Below are positions 1 through 10,579 of a stretch of 54,782 nucleotides of DNA, one piece after another. Positions within the stretch are counted from its first letter, which is position 1; each line of letters opens with the position of its first letter. The stretch is from assembly GCA_016867315.1 (NCBI GenBank), contig VGJV01000005.1:1-54782 (forward strand). Direction: 5' to 3'. The translations under genes and the position numbers were made by a program. The notes beneath the pieces are model-generated. The model had not been told where the DNA came from and did no database searches. It worked only from the letters and a program-made list of their open reading frames with translations. This DNA comes from Candidatus Liptonbacteria bacterium (GTDB taxonomy: Bacteria > Patescibacteriota > Minisyncoccia > UBA6257 > 2-01-FULL-56-20).

Positions 1-137
1 GCCCCGGACGCGCTCGCGGACTCGCGCGGGCAAAACCCAAAAATTTTCCTTCCTTTCTTTAGATTTTCGGCGGGGGGTGTGGGGGGAGCCGACAAAAAAT
101 GGAAAGGAAATTTTTGGTTTTGGTTCGCCGCTACCAT
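1..137 (-). CDS. Partial ORF running off the left edge (MVAANQNQKFPFHFLSAPPTPPAENLKKGRKIFGFCPRESASASG...), function unknown
   Basis: ATG at 137 with TATAAT (143-148, minus strand) 5 nt upstream; frame open to the window edge. It overlaps a long hairpin, so it may not be coding. Confidence 0.35.
   Translation of the reverse strand, partial: MVAANQNQKFPFHFLSAPPTPPAENLKKGRKIFGFCPRESASASG
31..122. repeat. Long imperfect inverted repeat (hairpin element, copy 1)
   Basis: CAAAACCCAAAAATTTTCCT...AGGAAATTTTTGGTTTTG arms with extrahelical bases; inner pairs TCCTTTC/GAAAGGA and CGGC/GCCG. Confidence 0.7.
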
Positions 138-157
138 ATTGGATTATACTCCAATAT
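136..157. promoter_or_regulatory. Putative operator ATATTGG-N8-CCAATAT enclosing a -10 box, between divergent genes
   Basis: Perfect 7-bp inverted repeat around TATAAT (minus strand); the adjacent plus-strand promoter TTGTTA(157-162)-N17-TAAACT(180-185) lies 6 nt before the XRE ATG. Confidence 0.5.
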
Positions 158-191
158 TGTTATCAAGTGCAATATTAGCTAAACTGTGGAT

Positions 192-401
192 ATGAAAAAG
201 GGCATTTCAAAACGACTTGGAGCAAATATCAAGAGAATACGCACTGAAAAAGGAATGACCCAAGGCGATATTGTTCGCGCTCTTGATTTAGATCGCGGGT
301 ATGTCAGTAGCTTGGAAAATGGAAAACGAAATCCGACTTTAGCAATGATTGAAAAAGTAGCAGGAGCGCTTGGAGTTTCAAGCGATGAACTTTTGAAATA
401 A
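192..401 (+). CDS. XRE/HTH_3 family transcriptional regulator
   Basis: IKRIRTEKGMTQGDIVRALDLDRGYVSSLENGKRNPTL is a classic Cro/C1 HTH; ATG 192 preferred over GTG 186. Confidence 0.9.
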   Translation: MKKGISKRLGANIKRIRTEKGMTQGDIVRALDLDRGYVSSLENGKRNPTLAMIEKVAGALGVSSDELLK

Positions 402-405
402 TCAT

Positions 406-1026
406 ATGAAAAATATTATTTTTGATTGGTCTGGCGTAGTTAGAGACACATTGACGAACCAAATGTGGATTGTTAACCATATATTTAAAAAATATGGGGT
501 AGCAGAGATATCCACGGAAGAATTTAGAGAAAATTGGAAACAGCCACCCGCGCTCTTTTATCAAAAATATTTGCCTGAAAATTACAACGAAACTGAACGA
601 TCAAAATTATTTCAGGAATTACAATTAGATAAAGATTGTCCAAAAGCAACCTCATTTCCTGAAGTTGTAAAGCTTATTCGTAAATGCAAGGAAAGGGGTT
701 ATTTTCTTGCTGTCGTAAGTTCCGATTTTCCCGAGACATTACTCCCTGAAGTAAAAGAGTATAAGCTGGAAAATATTTTTAATGAGATTATCACAGATGC
801 AAATGATAAATTGGAATCAGTTCAGAAAGTAATTAGAGAAAACAATTTAAATCTAGGGGATACATTTTTTGTTGGAGACAGTAATCACGAGACAGATGTT
901 GCTAAGAAAACAGGAATTAAAAGTATCGCTGTAACATGGGGCTTCACTAGCGCACAAAAATTAAAGACTAGAAACCCCGATTACATTGCCCATAGTGTGC
1001 AAGAATTAGAAAGTTTTATTCTGTAA
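406..1026 (+). CDS. HAD-superfamily hydrolase (phosphoglycolate phosphatase-like)
   Basis: Motif I IIFDWSG, motif IV FFVGDSNHE, C-terminal VTWGF...PDYIAHS. Confidence 0.88.
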   Translation: MKNIIFDWSGVVRDTLTNQMWIVNHIFKKYGVAEISTEEFRENWKQPPALFYQKYLPENYNETERSKLFQELQLDKDCPKATSFPEVVKLIRKCKERGYFLAVVSSDFPETLLPEVKEYKLENIFNEIITDANDKLESVQKVIRENNLNLGDTFFVGDSNHETDVAKKTGIKSIAVTWGFTSAQKLKTRNPDYIAHSVQELESFIL

Positions 1027-1089
1027 TTAAAAAAATCGCCGCGTCCTAGAATTTTCTTTTACAAAAAGGAAATGGTGTTTTCTTTCGGG

Positions 1090-1185
1090 GTTCTGCCTTC
1101 CAAGTATTCAGGCAGTGTGGCGGGGCAAAATGCAGTGTTCGCAGGCAAAAAATGGAGGGGTTCAAGGGGAGGAAATTTTTTGCCC
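1090..1185. repeat. Imperfect hairpin element related to 31-122 (copy 2)
   Basis: Shares GGGCAAAA, CAAAAAATGGA and GGAAATTTTT in the same order as copy 1; GGGCAAAA(1123-1130) pairs with TTTTGCCC(1178-1185). Confidence 0.55.
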
Positions 1186-1223
1186 GATCACTCAATCAAT
1201 TTGGATTTGACGGATTATTCATC

Positions 1224-2282
1224 TTATCCAATCTTCTTTTCTTCACCCAGCGTAGCAATAAAAACTTTCTCAAAGTTGTCGGGATTAAACATGGTCGGTT
1301 TTGTTATAACCACATCACCGCTTCGCATATTTAATTTGATAAGCGAAAGATAATAATGATCTGATTTTCGGTTTTTTCTTTTTTCTAACTCATAAGAGAC
1401 AATATCATCAAAAGCCAAAACAACACAAGAGCGAGGAAGTAATAATGTAAAAACTGGCGTATCTGAAATAGTTGCAAGTGGTAATTCTATTGAATTTTTA
1501 TATAAAACTATACCTCGACTCAGAGCTAATCCCAGCATGTAAAGTATTCCGAGACTCGCCATAAAAAAGAAAAAACCGAAAATAAATTTTATAAAAAATG
1601 CTGCTTCTGGTGGATTGATTGGAATATCGAGGAAAGCTACGCCCCCAGTAATAAATAACATTGGTTGAAAAAATAAACCAATTATAATTAATATCACTAT
1701 ATAACCGATGTTGGACGATTTTGTTTGCTTATAAACAATTTCTCCTTTTTCTCCTTGAAATTCATCAGCTCTATTCAAGCCAGTAATATGACTTAACCAA
1801 GTAATCCTATTCTTCTCTAAAATATCAGAACTTGATTGCTCAAAACTAGGAGCAGGATTTTTTACTGAAATTTTGACGAAAGAATTTATAAACAAAAACC
1901 AAAATAGATACACATTGAACAAGCGCGCACTCTCAACAATTTTAGGAATTACGCCAAATGCGCTTAATATACCGTAAGTGAAAAAAGTGAGCCATATTGT
2001 AATAAAGGCAATTATGCCTTGCACAAAAACTCTTTTCTGACTTATAAAACCACTCTCTTTTCTAAACCCAAGTGAATAAAGTACTTCTATTATGGCACTA
2101 CCAATAAAAACTGAAATAATTGCCATCATTCCCGAAAAAAACAACTTGAGAGGGTCTTCTGTTTGCCCCAAAAAAGAAATTACTGGTTTTATTGGAATTA
2201 TTACGATTGTGCTAAATGCCTGTAATAGAAAAATAAGTGCAATACCAATCAATAATACTTTAAGTAGTTTTGATTTTTTCAT
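1224..2282 (-). CDS. Multi-pass membrane protein, hypothetical
   Basis: About 6 hydrophobic segments; low GC; start moved to MKKSKLL (ATG 2282). Confidence 0.8.
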   Translation of the reverse strand: MKKSKLLKVLLIGIALIFLLQAFSTIVIIPIKPVISFLGQTEDPLKLFFSGMMAIISVFIGSAIIEVLYSLGFRKESGFISQKRVFVQGIIAFITIWLTFFTYGILSAFGVIPKIVESARLFNVYLFWFLFINSFVKISVKNPAPSFEQSSSDILEKNRITWLSHITGLNRADEFQGEKGEIVYKQTKSSNIGYIVILIIIGLFFQPMLFITGGVAFLDIPINPPEAAFFIKFIFGFFFFMASLGILYMLGLALSRGIVLYKNSIELPLATISDTPVFTLLLPRSCVVLAFDDIVSYELEKRKNRKSDHYYLSLIKLNMRSGDVVITKPTMFNPDNFEKVFIATLGEEKKIG

Positions 2283-2338
2283 AAACAATTTAACAAAAAT
2301 AAGCAATCGAAACCGTAGGATTTCTTGTGAAGCTGTAT

Positions 2339-2851
2339 CTAAAACTCGGCTTCAATTCCGTCCCACCATCCATCTCCATCAGTATCTCTTTTATTCGGAT
2401 CAGTTTTTACGCATTTAGAATTACCCATTTGCGAACCCTCACACAGTTCATACATATTTGTAATGCCATCTTTATCAGAATCGAGAATCATCTCCTGTAA
2501 AAGCTCTTCTACTTGAGCTGGTGTTCGATTTGTTCCTGCTTTCGAAACACCCCAATTTTTTTCTGGGCTACTCAAAAGTATTTTCCACGAACCATCTTTC
2601 TTTACAAACATTATGATTCCTTGTTTATATCCATAAGCAGTAGAATCATCGGTTTTAACAGGGTTTGTTGAGTAAATAGCCTGCTTATCATCTTGCAACT
2701 TGTTTACATAATCACTTTTATTTATTTTTACACTTTCATTATAAAGAAAAGGGGCAAATTGAGAAAATTGTGATTCTTCAGCAGATGTAACCTGTTTATA
2801 TGAAGTGGCATTGAAAGATAAGACATCTTTATGGTGCCCGGTTTTGTTCGC
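2339..2851 (-). pseudogene. 5'-truncated gene with C-terminal thrombospondin type-3-like Ca-binding repeats
   Basis: DSDKDGITN...TDPNKRDTDGDGWWDGIE; the frame stays open 51 codons upstream of the called TTG (2698) with no ATG/GTG/TTG, up to TAA at 2852-2854. Confidence 0.6.
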
Positions 2852-2872
2852 TTATGATGTATACTATAGCTA

Positions 2873-4426
2873 ATGAAACACCCTCGCTTGTGGTGGCGTA
2901 ATAAGTATTTGATTGCGGGAATTATAGTACTTGGAATCGTAGGATTCTGGCTCTTCCCCAAAGGCAATCCCACTCCCCCAGCAACAATCACCGTAACCCG
3001 AGGTACGCTTTCTGAAGAAGTGGTGGTTACAGGTCTCACGAAGCCCGCGGAAAAATTAGATCTTTCTTTTGAAAAAGGAGGAATTGTGCGGCAAGTATAT
3101 GCGAGCGTAGGCACAAAAGTCCGCGCTGGCGATCCGATTGCGGCCCTCGATCAAAGTGAACTCTCTGCGCAACTTCTCCAAGCCGAAGCAAGCAAAGAAG
3201 CTGCCGAAGCTAAACTCGTAGAACTAAAACGCGGCGCCCGCCCCGAAGATATCCAGGTAAGCCGGACTGGGCTTCGAAAAGCCGAGCAGGATCTCGACAA
3301 TCAATATATGGGAGTAGTGGATGTCTTGAGCACTGCGTATTCGGAAGCCGACGATGCGGTCCGCAAGCAAACCGATCCTCTTTTCACCAATGACGAAACA
3401 AATCCCCAACTTTCTTTTGGAGTAAGCAATTCTCAAACAAGCATTAATGCAGCGGCCTCCCGAATTTCCGCAAGCGCCGAACTGAATAATTGGAAAGAGG
3501 AATTGGATCTCCTCTCCTCGGCTTCTCCGCAAAGCGCATTGGACAAAGCTCTCCAGGGAGGAACCACTCGCCTTGGTAAAATCCGCACCTTCCTCGATTT
3601 CAGCATGCAAGCCCTCCAAGATGCGACCACCATCGATTCGAGCACGCTGGTAACATATAAGTCCTATGTAACCACCGGCCGCACAAACGTAAACACTTCG
3701 ATCACGAATGTCACCGACAAGAAAGAAGAAATTGCAGAAGCAAAAATTGATATTGAACAAGCTCAGAATGAACTAACCTTGAAACTCGCCGGGAGCGATC
3801 CGCAAGTTATTGCCGCACAAGTGGCTGCGGTAAAAGAAGAACAAGCGAACATTGCAAACCTCAAAGCCCAACTCGCAAAAGCCATACTTCGCTCCCCGAT
3901 TCAGGGAGTGGTCACCAAACAAGACGCGAAAATAGGCCAGGTTGCTCCCGCGAATACCACGCTGGTGTCCATAATTTCCGGGGATCGCCTCGAAGTAGAA
4001 GCGAATATTCCCGAAATAGACATTGCCAAAGTAAAAGTAGGCGATGCAGCGGAAGTGACGCTCGATGCGTATGGTGAAAATGTGCTCTTTGAGGCTTCAG
4101 TGATTTCGATTGAACCCGCCGAAACCGTAGTGGAAGGCATTGCAACGTACAAAACTAAATTTCAGCTTCGCAACGAAGATGAACGCGTACGCCCCGGAAT
4201 GACCGCGAATATCGAAATCCTCACTGCGAAAAGGGAAGGAATACTTGTCATTCCCCAGCGGACCATAGCCACACGCAACGGGAAAAAAGTGGTATGGATA
4301 TATGAAAATAATAAACTCACAGAAAAAGAAATCGTCACCGGACTCCGCGGTTCGGATGGAAACATAGAAGTGACGAGTGGCTTGAACGAAGGAGATCAAA
4401 TCGCCGCTTCCGTGCCCAAAGAATAG
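2873..4426 (+). CDS. RND/ABC efflux periplasmic adaptor (HlyD/MFP family)
   Basis: N-terminal TM anchor, lipoyl-like halves (GIVRQVYASVGTKVRAGDPIA...LRSPIQGVV), long coiled coil, beta-barrel RPGMTANIEI. Confidence 0.9.
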   Translation: MKHPRLWWRNKYLIAGIIVLGIVGFWLFPKGNPTPPATITVTRGTLSEEVVVTGLTKPAEKLDLSFEKGGIVRQVYASVGTKVRAGDPIAALDQSELSAQLLQAEASKEAAEAKLVELKRGARPEDIQVSRTGLRKAEQDLDNQYMGVVDVLSTAYSEADDAVRKQTDPLFTNDETNPQLSFGVSNSQTSINAAASRISASAELNNWKEELDLLSSASPQSALDKALQGGTTRLGKIRTFLDFSMQALQDATTIDSSTLVTYKSYVTTGRTNVNTSITNVTDKKEEIAEAKIDIEQAQNELTLKLAGSDPQVIAAQVAAVKEEQANIANLKAQLAKAILRSPIQGVVTKQDAKIGQVAPANTTLVSIISGDRLEVEANIPEIDIAKVKVGDAAEVTLDAYGENVLFEASVISIEPAETVVEGIATYKTKFQLRNEDERVRPGMTANIEILTAKREGILVIPQRTIATRNGKKVVWIYENNKLTEKEIVTGLRGSDGNIEVTSGLNEGDQIAASVPKE

Positions 4427-4439
4427 AAACAAAATATAA

Positions 4440-4489
4440 GACCGCTGCAGCGTTGATACACCACAGCGGTCCCTTTGATCGCGATCAAA
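4440..4489. terminator. Hairpin plus 16-bp palindrome between convergent genes
   Basis: GACCGCTG/CAGCGGTC stem and TTTGATCGCGATCAAA. Confidence 0.5.
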
Positions 4490-4521
4490 CTCCCGAATAA
4501 CTGAACTGCGCAAATGCTCGG

Positions 4522-4851
4522 CTACTGCTCGCCTGCCCCACCTCCGCCAGACTCCACTGGGACAGTTTGCCCCTGAAAGATTTCAGTCGGCAACGAGTTC
4601 ACATCCAGGTTGTAGAATCGCAGCACTGCCGCCCGCGTCGCCGGTCCAAATTTGCCGTCCACTTCGAGTTTCTCTTTTGGCTTCAAACGGCGATTCATCC
4701 GCTGCTGAAGCTTCTTCACGCCGGCTTCCGTTCGGCCCCCAAAATCGCCATCGATAAGAAGACCCTCCGGAGCACATTGAAGAAGCGTGAGTACAACGCC
4801 ATTGTTCGAAGAGCGTGGCAAAAGAGTAATAGAAATTAGCTTGAATGTCAA
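4522..4851 (-). CDS. Small peptidoglycan-binding-domain-like protein
   Basis: Two PGBD-like repeats: IDGDFGGRTEAGVKKLQ and VDGKFGPATRAAVLRF; start uncertain. Confidence 0.6.
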   Translation of the reverse strand: MTFKLISITLLPRSSNNGVVLTLLQCAPEGLLIDGDFGGRTEAGVKKLQQRMNRRLKPKEKLEVDGKFGPATRAAVLRFYNLDVNSLPTEIFQGQTVPVESGGGGAGEQ

Positions 4852-4883
4852 ACAAAAAAACCGCTTTCGCGGTCATTAGACAG

Positions 4884-4923
4884 AATCTAGAAAATAGAAA
4901 GTGGAATCTAGAATAAATTCTAG
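4884..4923. repeat. Degenerate 7-bp tandem repeat tract
   Basis: AATCTAG AAAATAG AAAGTGG AATCTAG AATAAAT just downstream of the rplS stop. Confidence 0.75.
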
Positions 4924-5219
4924 ATCGAAACACCGAGACGCTGCCGAATCTTCGCTCCTGAAGCTTTTCTCACCCAATACAATTTGGCACTGTGTACTTT
5001 CTTCGGCGAGGAAATAATTTCCACTTTAGTAACCGCCGGCGAGTGAATCGGGAACACCCGCTCCACTCCTACTCCCGCCATAATCGTGCGAACAGTGAAT
5101 GTAGCTCCGGTTTCCGATCCATGCTTCCGAGCCAAAACCAAGCCTTCAAATTGGCTCTTTCCATCAAAGACGCGCACGCGCGCCCCCGGCTTTATTTTTT
5201 TCATTACTTCGGCGTCCAT
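4920..5219 (-). CDS. rplS: 50S ribosomal protein L19 (short form)
   Basis: KPGARVRV...FEGLVLARKHG...TFTVR..MAGVGVERVFPIHSP...AKLYWVR; start moved to ATG 5219. Confidence 0.92.
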   Translation of the reverse strand: MDAEVMKKIKPGARVRVFDGKSQFEGLVLARKHGSETGATFTVRTIMAGVGVERVFPIHSPAVTKVEIISSPKKVHSAKLYWVRKASGAKIRQRLGVSI

Positions 5220-5293
5220 TGGAATGTCACAATAATGTATATCAAAACTCCTTTTCTGTCTAGATTCTTCCGCCAACCGGCGGATTCTAATTT

Positions 5294-5689
5294 CTACTTT
5301 CTGATTCCGCTCTTCTGAATAATACCCCTGATCTTCACGATCAGCTCGTCGATAGACATTCGCATTTTTATAAAATAATCGACTGCGCCAAACCCCTTGG
5401 CCTTCTCCACATCTCCGTCTTGTCCCAAATTCGAGACCACCACCACGGGAATCTTATTAAGCTGAGGGTCGATGGAAATTACCTGAAGCACCTCAAACCC
5501 GGACATCTTCGGCATAATGAGATCGAGAATCACAAGTCCTGGAGAATTTTCCCGAAGTTTTGTAAGCGCCTCCTCGCCATTAAAAGCTTGGATTACCGTA
5601 AATCCATCTTTTTCGAGTCGAGCCTTTAAAATCGAAGAAAGAAAAGGGTCATCCTCGATGACCATAATGATGCCTGGGGAATCAGCCAT
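5294..5689 (-). CDS. Single-domain response regulator receiver (CheY-like)
   Basis: IEDD, ILDLIMPKMSGFEVL, VVSN, DYFIK; TATACT 6 nt before ATG 5689. Confidence 0.92.
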   Translation of the reverse strand: MADSPGIIMVIEDDPFLSSILKARLEKDGFTVIQAFNGEEALTKLRENSPGLVILDLIMPKMSGFEVLQVISIDPQLNKIPVVVVSNLGQDGDVEKAKGFGAVDYFIKMRMSIDELIVKIRGIIQKSGIRK

Positions 5690-5841
5690 ATTCACAGTAT
5701 AGATTGAAATAGGAAACGTTTAAAGAAGAGACCTGAGGAGCTTTGTAGTTGTTCCAATTAGGGTGAAGCGAATACCGCTTCTAGTTTTGAATCTTTAGGT
5801 TTGCTAGCGCTAACCTAACCACTCAAAAACTACGACAATTC

Positions 5842-7429
<1,588 letters not shown>

Positions 7430-7494
7430 AATGTTCAACTCCTCCACCCGAAGGTGGGTTTGTTGAACGGAAGTGTAGTTTTTACGAAACTACG

Positions 7495-7763
7495 GACCTC
7501 ATCTCGAAAATATTTCCATCTTGCGATATTGGCTTGTATGCCGCAGATCAAGAAACGACGACGAAGGTGTATGCCCATACTCCAAGGAGGAGTGCCGCAG
7601 AAATGAGGCATACAAGCCATATCCCTTTGGGTTGCAGCGGGTTTCCCCGGCCGCAGCGTTACTCCTCGGAGCTGTACCACGAGGCACTAATCTCCTCGTC
7701 GTGCCTTGCGTTGCGGAGAAACCTGCTCGCAACGCAGATCGGAAACATTTTCGAGATGAGGTC
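7495..7763 (-). other. Highly structured 16S leader domain
   Basis: 23-bp closing stem (7495-7517 vs 7741-7763, one mismatch) with several internal stems, e.g. GGCTTGTATGCC/GGCATACAAGCC. Confidence 0.65.
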
Positions 7764-7849
7764 TTAAAACGTAATTGGAACAACTAAAAAGCTCTCCAGG
7801 TTTATATATTTACTTGTGAAAAGACGATCATATGCCATCGCAAGGGTAA

Positions 7850-7877
7850 AGTATAAACATATATAGAGGCCTGTCAA
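7850..7877 (-). promoter_or_regulatory. Sigma70-type promoter for the 16S rRNA
   Basis: TTGACA (7877-7872), 16-nt spacer, TATACT (7855-7850). Confidence 0.7.
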
Positions 7878-7937
7878 TCCCGTGAGAAGCCCGCGTGAAA
7901 GCCGCGGCGGATATCAATATTCTGCTTCTCACGGGAT
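7877..7937. repeat. Short element with 14-bp perfect terminal inverted repeats
   Basis: ATCCCGTGAGAAGC ... GCTTCTCACGGGAT. Confidence 0.7.
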
Positions 7938-7971
7938 CAATATCCTTTGAATTTCCTGGTATAATGCCGGC

Positions 7972-8568
7972 ATGGAAAAAGTGGCAATTTTCGACCTCGA
8001 TCACACTCTTCTCGACACCACCGGACTGAGGAAGGAAATGCTCCAAATTCTTCAAGGCTGCGGTCTCACAACCGCCGAGGCCAAATCCTCTCTTCAAGAT
8101 TTTATGGATAACCATGAAGGGAACTACGACATGCTGGGTCATTGCGAAGAACTCATAAAGGACAAAAAAATCTCTTCTCTGGATAAAATCCATACATTCC
8201 TTTCCTCTTCCTTCGAGAAACATATTATTCAAGACGCCAAAGAAGTGCTGCGAGAACTGAAGAAAAGAAATTATTATCTGATACTCCTCACCAAAGGCAT
8301 TGAGCGTTTTCAAAAAACAAAACTCGCTCAAACAGGCCTCGCCAATCTCTTCGACGAAATCCGAATCGTCGCGAAATTTAAAGAAGAAGCACTCGAAACG
8401 ATAAACGTGCCGGCAGGAAGTTATTTTATAAATGACAAACGGGAAGAAAGTGAACGCGTGATGCGCGTCCACCCCCATCTGAAATACATTCTCTTCGGAA
8501 AAACAGACGCATCGGAGACGATCATACAAATTACCCGACTCTCCGAACTTCTCGACTTGCTCCTTTGA
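7972..8568 (+). CDS. HAD-superfamily hydrolase
   Basis: AIFDLDHTLLDT motif I, LILLTKG motif II, FINDKREE motif IV; TG-G-TATAAT 6 nt before ATG. Confidence 0.88.
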   Translation: MEKVAIFDLDHTLLDTTGLRKEMLQILQGCGLTTAEAKSSLQDFMDNHEGNYDMLGHCEELIKDKKISSLDKIHTFLSSSFEKHIIQDAKEVLRELKKRNYYLILLTKGIERFQKTKLAQTGLANLFDEIRIVAKFKEEALETINVPAGSYFINDKREESERVMRVHPHLKYILFGKTDASETIIQITRLSELLDLLL

Positions 8569-8569
8569 G

Positions 8570-9547
8570 ATGGAACTCTTAGAACTCGGTAACATTCTCA
8601 GACATTTCCGGCTGCCTTCTCCTATTAGCACGGAAAGAATTTCCGCGGGGCTTATTAATCAAACCCATCTTGTTGAAACTGCCAATAGAAGCTATATCGT
8701 CCAGAAATTAAACCCGATTATAACCCCGGAGATATGTGGAGACGGACATACGATCTCCGATTATTTGAAAACCCAAGGCATTTCGGCTCCTCAATACTTT
8801 CTCTCCGAAATAGGTCTGCCATATTTTGAAACAGAAGAAGGACTTTGGAGAGTGCTTGAGAAGCTTCTCGGCAAATCCCTCGATGCGCCAAGTTCTTCCC
8901 ATGCATACAAAGCAGCGGCATTGTTAGGCAAAATCCATACTTCTCTTCGTAGCTTTTCCTATTCATGCAAAGGAAAACTCCCTGACTTCCATAACGTCCA
9001 AAAAATCCGTGAAGAACTTATAGAAGTTTCGACTAAGAAATACCAAGAAAATCTTGAGGAAGCGAAAAAACTTTCCGAGCTGACGTTGAAATGGATTGAA
9101 AAAGAAACCCTGCCAAAAGATGTCCCGAAACAATTGATACATGGCGACCCCAAGTTTTCCAACTTCCTTTTTGAAGGCGAAAGAGAAACAGGATTAATAG
9201 ATTTCGATACGTTCACTTCCCACAGCCCCCTCATTGATGTAGGCGACATGATGCGCTCCTGGTGTAATAGCACGCCTAAAGAAAACCCCCAGGCAAAATT
9301 CGAGAAAGAAATATATCAGGCCATCACGGAAGGATACAAAACAACCAATCCCCAATTTTCTGAAATGACCCTTATTCCCCGGGCATTTCGGCTGCTTGTT
9401 CTTGAACAGACGATGAGATACCTCAAAGATTGCTTTGAGGATAAGTACTACCCTTGGGACCCGCAAAAATTTCCTTCCCGTCTGGTTCGGAACAGTACCT
9501 ACGCCAAACGGCACATCGATCTTTATCGGCAAATAGAAGGTCTCTAA
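8570..9547 (+). CDS. APH/choline-kinase-fold sugar kinase, N-acetylhexosamine 1-kinase-like
   Basis: SAGLINQTHLV glycine-loop region, LIHGDPKFSNFLF catalytic loop, LIDFDT Mg-binding motif, DVGDMMRSWCN. Confidence 0.75.
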   Translation: MELLELGNILRHFRLPSPISTERISAGLINQTHLVETANRSYIVQKLNPIITPEICGDGHTISDYLKTQGISAPQYFLSEIGLPYFETEEGLWRVLEKLLGKSLDAPSSSHAYKAAALLGKIHTSLRSFSYSCKGKLPDFHNVQKIREELIEVSTKKYQENLEEAKKLSELTLKWIEKETLPKDVPKQLIHGDPKFSNFLFEGERETGLIDFDTFTSHSPLIDVGDMMRSWCNSTPKENPQAKFEKEIYQAITEGYKTTNPQFSEMTLIPRAFRLLVLEQTMRYLKDCFEDKYYPWDPQKFPSRLVRNSTYAKRHIDLYRQIEGL

Positions 9548-9615
9548 AGGAAAGAAGACGTCCGATTACTCGTACGTCTTCCCCTGTTTGTAAACTTCCC
9601 TGAATTGCGATCGAA

Positions 9616-10557
9616 TCAGACCTCTCGAAGATTCGGCCCTCGACTCGATCCCGGAATAGTGACTTTAATTCCCGCAGCTTTCGCTGCGTAGCGGAGACAT
9701 TCTCGAAGAATGCTTTCCTTGATCGTCGCAGGCTCTTCACCATGAACAACTAAGGCCTTAACGAGAGCACCGAGGAACCAATCTCCGGCCCCAATCGGAT
9801 ATACTCTCGCGCAAGCTTGTTTGAAAGCTTCGAAGCGACCAACGGACCCTCGCAAGGAATACACTCCCCCCTGGTCCGCTTGGGTTACCACCACGAGCTT
9901 CGGTCCGAATTGATGCACATCATCCAACTTGCTCCAGCCACAAGCAGTGAATTCATCTTGGTTAAGGACGAAAATATCCGCCATCCCCAACATCCGATGA
10001 AAAGGCTTCGGCTCGAGAGCACAGCGCTCGCAAAAAGTTCTATGCGGACCAAAGACTTTCACCGCGATATCTGGAGCTCCTAGCAGCGCCTCTGCAAAAG
10101 GGATTTCCATGATCCGAACCCCTGTGGCGACCGCCCAGGAACAGCGTTGCTCCCGCATAACCCGTTTCACCTTGTAAACTCTCGGCGCAATCTCTGCCTC
10201 GGAAAGTACTTCCCCGCGTTTCCCCGGATTTTTGAGGAACGGAAGTGATTCGTCGATGGGGAGAAAAGAGATGCTCGTCTCGTCGAGCGCCCGAATCGGA
10301 GTAAAGGGGATTTGCGGACTCCTTTTCCGTGCAATTTTGAGGAGTTGACTTCCCATACAATCGTCGGGCCCCACAAGTCCCAGAAGAAGCGGTTGCTCAC
10401 CCAATTTATGGAGTGCAATCGCCACATCTCCCGAAGACCCGCTGAAGCTCACATCGCATAGCGAAAGGGGAATCTTCTCGCTTCCATTTTTGGAGGAAAA
10501 AATGCCTAACATCTCCGGGTTTACGGAAAAACCCACTGCAATTTTTGTCCTATTCAA
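9616..10557 (-). CDS. PfkB/ribokinase-family carbohydrate kinase
   Basis: FSGSSGDVAIAL, FVLNQDE, VVVTQADQG, IGAGDWFLGAL signature; TTG start. Confidence 0.82.
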   Translation of the reverse strand: MNRTKIAVGFSVNPEMLGIFSSKNGSEKIPLSLCDVSFSGSSGDVAIALHKLGEQPLLLGLVGPDDCMGSQLLKIARKRSPQIPFTPIRALDETSISFLPIDESLPFLKNPGKRGEVLSEAEIAPRVYKVKRVMREQRCSWAVATGVRIMEIPFAEALLGAPDIAVKVFGPHRTFCERCALEPKPFHRMLGMADIFVLNQDEFTACGWSKLDDVHQFGPKLVVVTQADQGGVYSLRGSVGRFEAFKQACARVYPIGAGDWFLGALVKALVVHGEEPATIKESILRECLRYAAKAAGIKVTIPGSSRGPNLREV

Positions 10558-10579
10558 TCAAAACTCCTAATGGTTAAGG

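Noticed and set aside
31-1185. Canonical integron (intI/attC)
   Set aside because: No tyrosine integrase is visible and the RYYYAAC/GTTRRRY cores are absent; kept only as an analogy.
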